A DNA stretch of 64,000 nucleotides from Nannocystales bacterium (GTDB taxonomy: Bacteria; Myxococcota_A; Polyangia; Nannocystales; Nannocystaceae), in the NCBI GenBank assembly GCA_050633305.1, contig JBOEGF010000007.1:192001-256000 (forward strand), given 5' to 3'. Position numbers and translations under genes: made by a program. Under the pieces are notes generated by a model that saw only the letters and a list, made by a program, of their open reading frames with translations, did no database searches and was not told the origin of the DNA. How positions within the stretch are numbered: position 1 is the first letter of the stretch; each line of letters opens with the position of its first letter. Shown here one piece after another: positions 49,346 to 59,393 of the stretch.

Positions 49346-51865
49346 ATGGGCGACGACGTCATTCGGCCTCTCCGTAGCGACTCCACCCGTGCCGTGGCCC
49401 AGCCCCCTGAGGGCAGCGGCGGCACAACAACCGAGAAAGCGGGCCTGGCCGCGCTGCTCGGCAGCTGGTTAGGCTTGCTGCGGCGGTACAGATGGGTGGC
49501 GGTGGGTGCAGGTGTGCTTACCCTCGCGCCGTTCGTCCTGTTCGGGTTCTTCGCGCTGCCGTCGTACTCGAGCGCGGGGGTTGTGCAGGTGTCCAACGAG
49601 GGCAACAGCGCGATGCCGATGCTCGACTTCATGGGGGAGTTGGGCGGGTCCCAGGTCGACACCGAGGTGGAGATCCTCCGGCGGCGCGAAGCTGTTGTCG
49701 AGACGTTTACCTCGCTCGGCCTGCATGTGATCGACCCCAAGCGTCCGTGGATGGTGACGCCCCAGTGGGCCGTTGCGACGGGAAAGCAGAGCCCGACGCC
49801 GCCGTGGCTGGCATCGCTCCGCGGCTCGTTGGCGTTCGCCCAGCTGGCGCCCGAGCGTTTCGAAGGGGTGACGATCCGCATCGAAGCGACCGACGAGTCG
49901 AGCGTCGCAGTCGCGGTGGGAGAGCCCGGTGCGGCGGAAGAGTTCACCCTCGCGGTGGGCGACACGCTCGAGACCGATGGGCTGGCGCTGTCGTTTGCAA
50001 CCCTCCCCGGCGAGATTGGCGTTCCCAACACCATCTACGTGGAGACCGAAGGCGAGCTGCTCGACCGCCTGCTGCCGCAACTGTCCGTGGCGCCGGTCGG
50101 CAACCGCGACCACGCAACCGACTTGGTCGCCGTCCGCTTCCTCCACGCCGACCGTTTTGTCGCGCAGGCTGTCGTTGACGACCTCATGCGGAGATACCTC
50201 CAACAGAGCCTCGACTGGCAGGCCACGGGCGCATCGAAGTCCGCGGAGTTCATCCGCCAGCGTCTCGAAGATGCTGACGAGGAACTCGCGGTTGCCGAGC
50301 AAGAACTCCGAGAGTTCTCCGAAGCGGAGCACGCGGTGCAGCTCGACACGCAAGCCAAGGTCACCATCGAGAGTGTCTCGATGATCGAGGCCGAGCTCCG
50401 CCAGGCGGATGTCGAGGCTGCAGTGCTCGGGTCGCTCCACAAGGGGCTCCGGACCCGTCTCAAGAAGGGGGAGGGCGCCCACCTCACCGCCAGCTTCATT
50501 GCGGACCCCGTGCTGGCCGCGTCGATCGGCGCGCTGACCGAGGCGGAGACGCGCGCGGCGACGCTGTCGGCATCGCTGACCCCCGACCACCCCAAGCTGG
50601 TCGAGATCAACCGCCGGCTGAGGCAGCAGCGCAAGCAGGTCGGGCGTCTGCTGGGCACCGCGCGGAAAAACGTCGGCAGCCGGATGGCCAACCTGCGCCG
50701 AGAGCGAGATGCCGCGGCAGCCGTGCTCACCGACTTCCCCGCGAAGAACCTCCAGCTCGCACGTCTGATGCGGGACGTCGAGGTCAGCCAGAAGCTCTAC
50801 GCGTTCCTGCTGGAGCGCTACCGTGAGGCCGAGATCCTCGAGGCCTCCACGACGATCGACAAGCGTATCGTCGAGAGCGCAAACGTGCCGCACGACATGG
50901 CCTCGCCCCGCCGTGTTCGAATCTGGGCGTCTGGTCTCGCCGCCGCGGTGATGCTCGCGCTTGGTACTGCGTGGCTCTCCCACGCCCTACGACGCCGACT
51001 CTCCTCGGTTGACGATGTCGCTGCCGAGTTCGACTTCGGTGTCTACGGGGTGGTGCCCAAACTCGCGGAAGCGACGAAGGCCTCGCAGCGCGACAACTCC
51101 CGTCTTCCGCATCAGGCGATCTGGGCCGAGACCCATTCGCCCGCTGCCGAGGCGTTCCGTGCCCTGTGCGTGTCCGTGACCCTGACGCCCGCGGAGGCGG
51201 GTCGAGGCCGCGTCATCGCGCTCTCCTCCAGCCAGCAAGGCGAAGGAAAGAGCACCGTGGTCTCCAACCTCGCGATCTCCTTGGCACGCTCGGGTTCTTC
51301 GGTGCTCGTCGTCGACCTCGACCTCCGGCGCCCCGTCCAGCACCGCGAGTGGAGGGTCAAGCGTGACCGCGGATTCACGAACCTGCTCGCGCACGGCAAT
51401 GTCGCCGACTTTGCCGACTTCGTCCGCCCCCAAGAATGCGGTGTCCATGTCCTCACCGCCGGCCAGCGGGTACCCGACTCGCTGCCGTCACTCATGTCGC
51501 CCAAGCTCGGCGAGATGATCGAAGCGGCTCGCCTCCGCTACGACTACGTCCTGCTGGACAGTGCGCCCTCGTTCGTCCCCGATGGCTCGGTCGTCGCCCA
51601 ACACGCCGACCTCCTCTTGGTGGTCGCTCGCCCCGGCGTCCTTCAGCGGGCCCATGCCCGTCGCGCCCGCGTGGTGTGGAACCGCCTCGGAGCGCCCAAG
51701 GGCTTGGTGCTCAATGCCGTCGAGCGTGAGCACGGCGGTGACGATGGGTACTACTACTACGGTGGAGGCTACGCCTACTCGTCCGACTACACCCAGTCCC
51801 CGACCGAGGCCGATGAGTCTCAAGACGACGATGCCAAGTCCGACGACATCGCAGTTGCTTCCTGA
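49346..51865 (+). CDS. wzc: Polysaccharide co-polymerase/tyrosine autokinase (Wzc-like)
   Basis: Two TMs flanking a coiled coil; EAFR.L, GEGKST, DLDLRRP, LLDSAP; C-terminal YYYYGGGYAY cluster. Confidence 0.9.
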   Translation: MGDDVIRPLRSDSTRAVAQPPEGSGGTTTEKAGLAALLGSWLGLLRRYRWVAVGAGVLTLAPFVLFGFFALPSYSSAGVVQVSNEGNSAMPMLDFMGELGGSQVDTEVEILRRREAVVETFTSLGLHVIDPKRPWMVTPQWAVATGKQSPTPPWLASLRGSLAFAQLAPERFEGVTIRIEATDESSVAVAVGEPGAAEEFTLAVGDTLETDGLALSFATLPGEIGVPNTIYVETEGELLDRLLPQLSVAPVGNRDHATDLVAVRFLHADRFVAQAVVDDLMRRYLQQSLDWQATGASKSAEFIRQRLEDADEELAVAEQELREFSEAEHAVQLDTQAKVTIESVSMIEAELRQADVEAAVLGSLHKGLRTRLKKGEGAHLTASFIADPVLAASIGALTEAETRAATLSASLTPDHPKLVEINRRLRQQRKQVGRLLGTARKNVGSRMANLRRERDAAAAVLTDFPAKNLQLARLMRDVEVSQKLYAFLLERYREAEILEASTTIDKRIVESANVPHDMASPRRVRIWASGLAAAVMLALGTAWLSHALRRRLSSVDDVAAEFDFGVYGVVPKLAEATKASQRDNSRLPHQAIWAETHSPAAEAFRALCVSVTLTPAEAGRGRVIALSSSQQGEGKSTVVSNLAISLARSGSSVLVVDLDLRRPVQHREWRVKRDRGFTNLLAHGNVADFADFVRPQECGVHVLTAGQRVPDSLPSLMSPKLGEMIEAARLRYDYVLLDSAPSFVPDGSVVAQHADLLLVVARPGVLQRAHARRARVVWNRLGAPKGLVLNAVEREHGGDDGYYYYGGGYAYSSDYTQSPTEADESQDDDAKSDDIAVAS

Positions 51866-53105
51866 GCTGTCCCGGCGGGGCAGCTTCGGGTGGACACTCG
51901 TCGGGCGCATCATCTACGGCCTCGCCCAATGGGGAACGCTGGTGCTCGTGGCGAAGCTGGGCTCGGTCGCCGACGTGGGTCGGTTCTCGCTGGGGCTCGC
52001 GGTGACCGCCCCGGTGATGGTGTTCTGCAACATGCACCTGCGGAACCTCTACGCGACCGACTCTACGGGTCGCTTCAGTTGGTCGACCTACGGTCAGGTA
52101 CGTCGAGTGACGGCGCTGGTCGGGTTGCTGGTGTGCTCCGTAATGGCGGCATCTGTGTATGAGGGCACCGCTGCCTGGGTCATTGCAGCCGTGGCGCTGG
52201 CGAAGTCGGTCGAGATGCTCGAGGACCTCCGCTACGGAGTGTTTCAGCGCTTCGGTCGGATGGACGGCTTCAGCAAGTCTCTGATCCTTCGTGCGGTTGC
52301 CGGGTTGGGTGCCTTGACCGCCGTGATGGTCACGACGGGCGAGCTTCCACTTGCCGTGTTGTGCATGGCGGCGGCGTGGGCCGCGGTGTGGTTGCTGCAC
52401 GACCGGCCGCGCTCCGACGCGTTGCTTGACGCCCGGGGCCAGTCCCGCGGGGCGACACGTGGCTCGCCGCGAGGTCTCGTTCTGATGGCGCTCCCGATGG
52501 GCCTGATGTGGTTGGTCGATTCGCTCAACCAGAACCTGCCGCGCTACGTCGTCGAGGCCAACCTCGGCGAGGAGTCGCTCGGCTTCTACGTCCCCATGAC
52601 GTACGTCGTGACGGTGGGGAGCGCGTTTGTCTTTGCGCTGGGAGCCCCTGTGGCTCCGCGACTGGCCCGCCATGTTGCCGAGCGCAATGCCTCCGCCTTC
52701 GCCAAGATGGCGCTCGGGTTGTTCGCGCTCGCCGCTGCGATGGGCGGCGCAGGGGTCCTCGTGGCGGCGACGGTGGGGGACGTGCTGCTTGGTCTCGCCT
52801 ACGCCGAGTCGTTCGCTGCGTACCAGCCCGAGTTTGTGTGGATCATGATCGGTGGCGCGATGCACTTCGTGCTCGCGTTGTCGATGTATGCGTTGACCGC
52901 CGCCCGGCTTCTCAAGACACAAGCCGCGCTGTACATCGCAGCCGCGACCACGACGGGAGTTGCTGCGATGGCCTGGGTGCCATGCAGCGGCCTGATGGGG
53001 GCGGCCAAGGCGAGCGCGCTGGGGCTCACCGTCGGCGCCTCCGGAGCGGTGCTTGCGGTGATGATCGCGTGGCTCCGGATCAGGAGTGGAGGTCCTCATG
53101 CATAA
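51831..53105 (+). CDS. Polysaccharide flippase (Wzx-like)
   Basis: F.WT..G..IY...QW..L..AKLG...VG.F, N.PRY..E..LG...LG.Y; multiple TMs. Confidence 0.82.
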   Translation: MPSPTTSQLLPELSRRGSFGWTLVGRIIYGLAQWGTLVLVAKLGSVADVGRFSLGLAVTAPVMVFCNMHLRNLYATDSTGRFSWSTYGQVRRVTALVGLLVCSVMAASVYEGTAAWVIAAVALAKSVEMLEDLRYGVFQRFGRMDGFSKSLILRAVAGLGALTAVMVTTGELPLAVLCMAAAWAAVWLLHDRPRSDALLDARGQSRGATRGSPRGLVLMALPMGLMWLVDSLNQNLPRYVVEANLGEESLGFYVPMTYVVTVGSAFVFALGAPVAPRLARHVAERNASAFAKMALGLFALAAAMGGAGVLVAATVGDVLLGLAYAESFAAYQPEFVWIMIGGAMHFVLALSMYALTAARLLKTQAALYIAAATTTGVAAMAWVPCSGLMGAAKASALGLTVGASGAVLAVMIAWLRIRSGGPHA

Positions 53106-54276
53106 CGATGAACCGCAGCGACAGGTCGCTTGGGCGACGGCAATCGGGATGGCGTTGTTCATCCTCTCGGGCCGATGGAGCTTGGCTCGAATGGGGTTTG
53201 GAGAGACCAGCGCGTTGTTCGAGCCCCGCGCGTGGATCGTCGTGGGTTTGGCGGCGATCGCCTACTCCCCGGCGCTGGGTCGAACGCTCGAGATGGAGCC
53301 GGTACTGCGGACCAATGTCGGCGCAGCCGCGGCATTCTTGGGCTACCTGGTCACCTCGGTGCTCTGGGCACCCAGCTCGGACCTCCCCTGGACCAAAGCG
53401 TACGAGATGCTGCTCATCCTGGTGGCGCTCACGTCCGTGGCCAGGATTGCGCGATGGACCGGTCCAACGCTGCTCATCAACCGGTTCTGGGACGCGCTCG
53501 CAGGCGCGCTCGGGCTGATGGGTGTGCTGGGACTCCTCTCGTGGATCGGTGGCACCGGAGAGAGACTCGCCGTGGCCGGCGGTGGCCCGAACGTGTTCGG
53601 CCGCAACATGGCGGTGTTGTTGATGTTGAGCCTGTCGGCGATTCTTGCCGGACGCCGAAAACGAACGCTGTGGCTCTGTGCCGCAGCTCTCGGGGCGGTG
53701 CTGGCGCTGCTCTCCGGATCGCGCGGGGCGATCGTCGGCATGATGGTCGGAACCGCGACCCTCGTCTACGCCAAGCGCATCCCCGTGGGTCGCTTCGTGA
53801 AGATCGCGTTGGGCCTGGTCGTGTTCGGATGGTTCGTCGTCACGTTCACGGACGTTGGCCAGTCGGCATTGCACTCGTTCGAAGAACGGTTCCTGGTACT
53901 CACCCTCGAGGAGCGCCACGACGCTGGCAGGATGGACATCTACATCCATGCTTGGGAGATGGGGCTGGAGGCTCCGCTCGTCGGACAAGGACTCGCAGCA
54001 TTCGCCGCCAATGGGTTTCACGTCTACCCTCACAACATCGCGCTGGAGGCGTTCTGCGAGGGCGGTCTGATCTCGGTCGTCCTTCTCGGCGCGATGCTGG
54101 GCCCGCAGCTTTGGCGGGTGTTCTCGGACAACGCAGACCTCTACGCGCGCGACCTGTGTGTGCTGCTCGTCTTGCTGATGTCCGCGTCGTTCACGGGGGA
54201 CTTCTACGACTCGCGCGGGGTCATGCTGGTCGCCCTGCTCGTGTCCATGCGTCGTCGGCACCCGGCTAGGCTTTGA
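53098..54276 (+). CDS. O-antigen ligase/Wzy-like polymerase
   Basis: PNVFGR, LLSGSRG, GR..IY...P..GQG, YPHN..LE...EGG. Confidence 0.85.
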   Translation: MHNDEPQRQVAWATAIGMALFILSGRWSLARMGFGETSALFEPRAWIVVGLAAIAYSPALGRTLEMEPVLRTNVGAAAAFLGYLVTSVLWAPSSDLPWTKAYEMLLILVALTSVARIARWTGPTLLINRFWDALAGALGLMGVLGLLSWIGGTGERLAVAGGGPNVFGRNMAVLLMLSLSAILAGRRKRTLWLCAAALGAVLALLSGSRGAIVGMMVGTATLVYAKRIPVGRFVKIALGLVVFGWFVVTFTDVGQSALHSFEERFLVLTLEERHDAGRMDIYIHAWEMGLEAPLVGQGLAAFAANGFHVYPHNIALEAFCEGGLISVVLLGAMLGPQLWRVFSDNADLYARDLCVLLVLLMSASFTGDFYDSRGVMLVALLVSMRRRHPARL

Positions 54277-54291
54277 GGACCGAGGTCGCCC

Positions 54292-54729
54292 TCAAAGCCC
54301 GGCGAGTTCGCGCAGCGAAGCCGCGAGCGCGGCCACCCGGGTCACGCTACGAGGGATGACGAGCACGGTGTCGTCGCCCGCCAACGTGCCCAGGATGTCG
54401 GGGTGTCGCATGGAGTCGAGGTCGAAACCGACAGCCTGCGCTCGGCCGATCCGGGTTCGCAGCAGGAGCATGGACTCGTTGTGCATCACGTCCTGCACCA
54501 TGTCTGCATCGAATGCAGCCGTTGTCTCGGCCAGCAGGTGGTACGCGAACTCCCCGTCGGCGCGTTGCCGGCGTTGAGCGCTGAGGGACTTGAGGTCGCG
54601 ACTTATCGTGCTCTGTGTCGCGTCAAAACCCCTTCCGCCCAGCAGGTCGCAGAGCTCCTGCTGGGTCCCGGTTTGACCGCTGAGCAGCAGCTGTTTGAGC
54701 GCAAGCCGGCGTGCCTTCGCGCCCTTCAT
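54292..54729 (-). CDS. argR: Arginine repressor
   Basis: TQQEL, ATQSTISRDL, GTLAGDDT. Confidence 0.93.
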   Translation of the reverse strand: MKGAKARRLALKQLLLSGQTGTQQELCDLLGGRGFDATQSTISRDLKSLSAQRRQRADGEFAYHLLAETTAAFDADMVQDVMHNESMLLLRTRIGRAQAVGFDLDSMRHPDILGTLAGDDTVLVIPRSVTRVAALAASLRELAGL

Positions 54730-56645
54730 GCCAACGCCTGCCGGGTGATGAGCGTGCCGATCCCTTCGTCGGTGAACAGCTCGCCGACGACGGCATGGGG
54801 AATCCGGCCGTCGATGGCGTGAAAGGCCGAAATCCCGCGCTTGGCTGCGTGTCGGGCCAGGACCAGGAGTTCCGCGTCGGTCGCATCGAACCGACCGCGT
54901 TCGAGACCCGTGAGGAACGTGTCCGGAGAGAGTCGTTGGACAAGCCCATGTTTGTCGCGCAGTCCTCCATCTGCGGCGAGCACGATGAGCTTTTGGATGC
55001 CGAGCTTCAGGGCGAGGTCGACCGTTGCGTCGGGCGCGGGCTCGGTCTGGGAGAGCAAACACAGGTGGCCGCGGTCCAGCAGGTTGCTGATGTTCACCGC
55101 ATCGGTCGCGACACTCGCCGCGAATCGTCCTGCCTGCCGCATGTGTTCGGCGATGGACTCGACGGCAGCCGCCGAGGGGAGCAAGGCCACCGGCTTGAGG
55201 CCCGCATCGAGGCACAGCTCCAGGTCGTGTGCCAGCGTCGCGATGGGGGCATCGAGTTTCTCGAGGTTGGGAAGCACCACCATCACCCGCATCCCGGTGA
55301 ACCGCCGAACGTAGGACAGGCCTTCGCACAGCAGCTGATGCTTGAGCCGGGGCGAGTACGCCGCGAGGGAGAGGTTGCGCGAGACGGCGCCGCTGCGACT
55401 GACCTCGATCTGCTTGGACTCGTCGGCGTTGATGCGCACGTAGTCGTAGCTGAGGTCGCAGCCGTACGCGGTGGAGGAGGCAGTCCCTCCCATGCCGACG
55501 TCGATGCTCCAATGGACTTCGGTTTGTTGAAGTCCGGCGCGAAGGGAGGCGCTGTTGTGCCCGAGCTTGGGTCCGGAGCGGTCGTAGAGCAGGGTGCCTT
55601 GTGCGTGAATCGTGAGCGCGCCGGGGTCCAGCTGCAGCCCGTGGTCTGCCGCGACTTGACCGATCGCCATGCTCACGCGGCCCCACTCGGGCTGACCTGC
55701 AAATGCGCTGCACTTGACCAGGCTGCTGCGACACACGCCCCGCGCGAGGTCCCGGGCGATGGACTCGGTGGGTGCGCCGGTGACCTCGACTTCGATGAGG
55801 CGCGTCGCGCCTTCACCATCGCGGGCCACTTGCTTGGCGAGCGAGCGCAAGACCCCATCCAGGGCCTCGGCGAACACGGCCTCGGCGGCGTCCCCCTCGA
55901 CATGGAGCCCGGAGGCACCGTTGGCCAGCGCCAGCACCATGTCGTTGGTCGAGGAGTCGCCGTCGACGGTGATCGCGTTGAAGGTTCGGTCGACGGCGGG
56001 GGCGAGCATGGCCTGCAGCCTGGCCGGGGCGATGGCCGCGTCGGTCAACAAGAATCCGAACGTCGTGGCCATGTTCGGGTGGATCATGCCCGAGCCCTTG
56101 GCGACCCCGAGTACGCGCACGGGCGCGTGCTGGCCTGGCAGCTCGATGGTGGTGTGGGCCACCTTGGTGCAGGTGTCCGTGGTGAGAATCGCCTTGGCGA
56201 ACTCTCGGGGGTCGTCGGCAAGCTTGCTCTCGAACTCGCTGGCGGCCTCCTCGATGAGTTCGACCGGGAGTGGCACCCCGATGATCCCGGTCGATCCGGT
56301 CAGAACCGTATCAACCTCGAGTCCCAGCGCGGTGGCGGCTGCGGTGGCCATGCGGAGGTTGTCTTCAACGCCGGTGGGTCCGGTCATCGCGTTGGCGTTG
56401 CCGCTGTTGATCAGCACGGCTCGCATTCCGTCGGCCGGCAGTGCGGCGGCATTTCGTTCAACACAGGCGGCGCGGACCCGGTTCTGCGTGAAACAGCCGG
56501 CGACGACCGCGGGTCGATCGGAGACCAGCAGCGCGAGGTCGGGCCGGGCGTGCTTGATCCCACAGCGCGTCCCGGCGAAGCGGAACCCTGCGATGGGGAA
56601 CGAGGGCGCCAGGTCGGTGTGGATGGTGAGGTCGGTGGTGCTCAT
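54726..56645 (-). CDS. argJ: Ornithine acetyltransferase ArgJ fused to a degenerate acetylglutamate-kinase-like domain
   Basis: NSGNANA, STG.IG, TTDT, KGSGMIHPNMAT, DGDSSTND, DGEGAT, GCDLSYDYV.IN; about 200-aa AAK-like tail. Confidence 0.9.
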   Translation of the reverse strand: MSTTDLTIHTDLAPSFPIAGFRFAGTRCGIKHARPDLALLVSDRPAVVAGCFTQNRVRAACVERNAAALPADGMRAVLINSGNANAMTGPTGVEDNLRMATAAATALGLEVDTVLTGSTGIIGVPLPVELIEEAASEFESKLADDPREFAKAILTTDTCTKVAHTTIELPGQHAPVRVLGVAKGSGMIHPNMATTFGFLLTDAAIAPARLQAMLAPAVDRTFNAITVDGDSSTNDMVLALANGASGLHVEGDAAEAVFAEALDGVLRSLAKQVARDGEGATRLIEVEVTGAPTESIARDLARGVCRSSLVKCSAFAGQPEWGRVSMAIGQVAADHGLQLDPGALTIHAQGTLLYDRSGPKLGHNSASLRAGLQQTEVHWSIDVGMGGTASSTAYGCDLSYDYVRINADESKQIEVSRSGAVSRNLSLAAYSPRLKHQLLCEGLSYVRRFTGMRVMVVLPNLEKLDAPIATLAHDLELCLDAGLKPVALLPSAAAVESIAEHMRQAGRFAASVATDAVNISNLLDRGHLCLLSQTEPAPDATVDLALKLGIQKLIVLAADGGLRDKHGLVQRLSPDTFLTGLERGRFDATDAELLVLARHAAKRGISAFHAIDGRIPHAVVGELFTDEGIGTLITRQALA

Positions 56646-57589
56646 GGCAACGCGCGAGTCATGGGTGGCACGTCGTTTCCGACGTGGGTAAGGGGCAGAG
56701 GCAACCCCGCGTCTGGGGGCAGGTCGAGCCAGAGGTTGAGGTTGGTGAGCGCTTGGCTTGCGGCCCCGCGCATGAGGTTGTCGATGGTCGCGAACACTGG
56801 AACCAGGCCGCCGTCGTCCGCGGGTCCCACGGCGATGACCGCCTGGTGGCTGCCGACGACATGCGCGACGCCGAGGCCCGGTCCGGGTTCGGGGAGGACC
56901 GTGACGTACGGCTGATCCTCGTAGTGGTGCTGGAGCGTTTGCAGCACGTGTTCGGGGGACCGGGTTGGCTTGACGAACGCCGTCACCAAGATCCCGCGGA
57001 CGATCGGCAGCAGCTGCGTCACGAAAGTCACCGGCGCGCCGAGGTGGCGGGCGATCTCGGGGATGTGCTTGTGACTGCCGACCTTGTACGGAAACGTATT
57101 GCCGAACAGCGCGCTGAAGTGAAGGTCGTCCCGCGGCGTCTTTCCTGCGCCCGAGGTCCCGCTGGCCCCGACGACGGCGATCGGGGACGCTTCGATCGCC
57201 TCGGCGCGCAGGAGCGGCGCGAGGCTGAGCAGGGTTGCGGTGGGATAACAGCCCGGGTTTGCAACGACCGCAGCATCCGCACTTGGCGCGCCCCACAGCT
57301 CGGGGATCCCGTAGTGGATCCCTTCTTCGAGGCGGTGGGCCCCGGAGAGGTCGAGCACTTTGATCCCCGCGGACGTCAGGGCCTCGGTCCACGCGGCGGC
57401 GGGGCCATCCGGGATCGCGAGCGCGACCGCGCGGGATTCGCGGAAGCAGTCGACAGCGTCCGGCGTCGGATCACGGTGGACGGCTGGGAGGGGCTTCATG
57501 CACGGATGGTGCATGAGAAGCGCATGGAGAACCTGGCCCGCGTATCCGCGCGAACCCACGATCCCGATAGTGTTAGACGCGGAATTCAT
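56642..57589 (-). CDS. argC: N-acetyl-gamma-glutamyl-phosphate reductase
   Basis: G..GYAG, DLSG..RL, YGIPE, ANPGCYPT, SG.SGAG, DNL.RGAA.QA. Confidence 0.93.
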   Translation of the reverse strand: MNSASNTIGIVGSRGYAGQVLHALLMHHPCMKPLPAVHRDPTPDAVDCFRESRAVALAIPDGPAAAWTEALTSAGIKVLDLSGAHRLEEGIHYGIPELWGAPSADAAVVANPGCYPTATLLSLAPLLRAEAIEASPIAVVGASGTSGAGKTPRDDLHFSALFGNTFPYKVGSHKHIPEIARHLGAPVTFVTQLLPIVRGILVTAFVKPTRSPEHVLQTLQHHYEDQPYVTVLPEPGPGLGVAHVVGSHQAVIAVGPADDGGLVPVFATIDNLMRGAASQALTNLNLWLDLPPDAGLPLPLTHVGNDVPPMTRALP

Positions 57590-57716
57590 CCCGTTGTACC
57601 CTTGGCCGGCTTCGTTCTACTCCGGCGGTCGGTGGGTCGCAACATGAACCATGGCACCGGAAGCATGCGCATGGACACGGTTGTTCATGCAGGCTCGATT
57701 TTGTACGAATTCACCC

Positions 57717-57745
57717 TTGACTCCACCCGCGCCTTGAAGCAGTAT
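57717..57745 (+). promoter_or_regulatory. Putative sigma70 promoter of tRNA-Gly
   Basis: TTGACT-17 bp-CAGTAT, 12 nt upstream of the tRNA. Confidence 0.45.
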
Positions 57746-57757
57746 CCGCATCCCTTC

Positions 57758-57833
57758 GCGGGAATAGCTCAGTTGGTAGAGCGCAACCTTGCCAAGGTTG
57801 AAGTCGCGAGTTCGAATCTCGTTTCCCGCTCCA
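57758..57833 (+). tRNA. tRNA-Gly(GCC)
   Basis: GCGGGAA/TTCCCGC acceptor stem, loop TTGCCAA, GTTCGAATC, encoded CCA; 76 nt. Confidence 0.98.
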
Positions 57834-57834
57834 A

Positions 57835-57881
57835 GAAAACGCCACGTCCTCTTCAGGACGTGGCGTTTTCGCTTTGATTTT
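57835..57881 (+). terminator. Intrinsic terminator after tRNA-Gly
   Basis: GAAAACGCCACGTCCT-CTTC-AGGACGTGGCGTTTTC followed by a T-rich tail. Confidence 0.85.
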
Positions 57882-57977
57882 CCAGAGGATCGCGCGTTGC
57901 GCCGAGGCGTGCGGCGGTGGCTCGGTCGCTTGGCCGCAGTATGGTCGCCCAGTTTGCTACGTTGCTCATCGATCGTG

Positions 57978-59393
57978 ATGCGCCCGATTCATCTGTGCAC
58001 CTCCTTGCTCGTCGCCCTTGGGCTGACGGGGTGCCCAAGCTCCGAGCATGACGACGCCGCGCCGCCGCGCGTGCGGATCGATGCGGAGCGCTACCGGGTC
58101 CCGCTCCTGGGCCAGGAGTACGCCCGCGGAGGCGAGACTCCGCTGGTCACGGTCGTCCTGTACACCGACTATGCCTGCCCGCCATGCGGTCGCACTTGGT
58201 CGGTCATGGACAACCTCCTGGAAGACTACGGGCAGGACCTCCGGGTGATCTTCCGATCATACACGGTCCCGGGCTTTGGCAAGGGCGAGGAGGCGGTCGA
58301 AGCCGCCTTTGCGGCTGGGGAGCAGGGGAAGTTTTGGGAGATGCATGCCGAGCTGTTTGAGCACATCGGTGCCTTCGATCGCCCGACGTTGCGCAAGCAT
58401 GCCCAGGCAGTCGGTCTGGACGTCCCGAAGTTCATGGATGATCTGGACACAGGAGCCCACGCAGGGACGCGGATGCGTCACCGGCGGGAGGCCAAGCGCC
58501 TGGGAATCGTGGGGCTTCCGGTCGCGTTCGTGAATGGCCTGTACATGGCCGGGTACGCCGAGGAAGCGACCTGGCATGCAATCCTCGACGAAGAGATCGC
58601 GCGCTCCAAGGACCTGCTCGCAGCCGGCACGCCTCGGGCCGAGTTGTACGACAAGGTGATGGCCTCGGCGTCGAGCAAGCGAGTCTCTGCGCCCAAGGGG
58701 GCGAAGAAGCTTCAAGAAGAGCTGGCGGACAAGCAGAAGCTCACCAACCCGCCCATCAACCTCGTGGCGCCCACCCACGATGCTCGCTACAGCATCGAAC
58801 CGGGTGAATCCGCGCCGCTGGGCCCCGACACGGCCCCCGTCCAAGTTGTCGAGCTGCTCGACTTTCAGTGTCCCTACTGCCGCAACGCCCACGAGGAGTT
58901 GTTGGAGTTGCGGGAGAAGCACGGTGACGACGTGCAGTTTGTTGTGCGTCACGTGCCGCTGGAGATTCACACTGCCGCCAAGGGGGCGGCAAAAGCCTCT
59001 GTTGCCGCGGGCAAGCAGGGCAAGTTCTGGCCCTATCACGACGCGATCTTTGCTCGCGAAGGCGCGCTGGATCGCAGCGCCTTCATCGCGATGGCCACGG
59101 AGCTGGGGCTCGACGTCGAGCAGTTCAAGGCCGACCTCGACAGCACGCCCGTCGCCCAGGCCGTGGACGACGACTTGCGGATCTCCCTCCGGCTCGGTGT
59201 CGTCGCCACACCCGGCTTCTTCATCAACGGCCGGTACGTCAGTGGGTTCCGACCGGGGCGACTCGGTGGCGTCATCCAAGAAGAACTCGACGCTGCAAAC
59301 AAGCTCGCCGAAGAAGAGGGGGTCCCCCGAGACCAACTCCGGGCCCGTCTGCTCGACGGCGCCATCGGCCCCGAAGGATATCCAAACCCGTGA
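57978..59393 (+). CDS. Lipoprotein with two DsbA-like thioredoxin domains
   Basis: Lipobox LTGC; CPPC..GLP and CPYC..ATP; QGKFW motifs. Confidence 0.9.
   Translation: MRPIHLCTSLLVALGLTGCPSSEHDDAAPPRVRIDAERYRVPLLGQEYARGGETPLVTVVLYTDYACPPCGRTWSVMDNLLEDYGQDLRVIFRSYTVPGFGKGEEAVEAAFAAGEQGKFWEMHAELFEHIGAFDRPTLRKHAQAVGLDVPKFMDDLDTGAHAGTRMRHRREAKRLGIVGLPVAFVNGLYMAGYAEEATWHAILDEEIARSKDLLAAGTPRAELYDKVMASASSKRVSAPKGAKKLQEELADKQKLTNPPINLVAPTHDARYSIEPGESAPLGPDTAPVQVVELLDFQCPYCRNAHEELLELREKHGDDVQFVVRHVPLEIHTAAKGAAKASVAAGKQGKFWPYHDAIFAREGALDRSAFIAMATELGLDVEQFKADLDSTPVAQAVDDDLRISLRLGVVATPGFFINGRYVSGFRPGRLGGVIQEELDAANKLAEEEGVPRDQLRARLLDGAIGPEGYPNP

Noticed and set aside
57660..57715. ARG boxes upstream of argC
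   Set aside because: Only one partial match (AGCAT-GCGC-ATGGA) with no properly spaced tandem box; not supportable without a PWM
46976..57881. Genomic island bounded by the two tRNAs
   Set aside because: No integrase and no duplicated tRNA 3' end; both tRNAs point outward with their own terminators; the interval contains core arg genes
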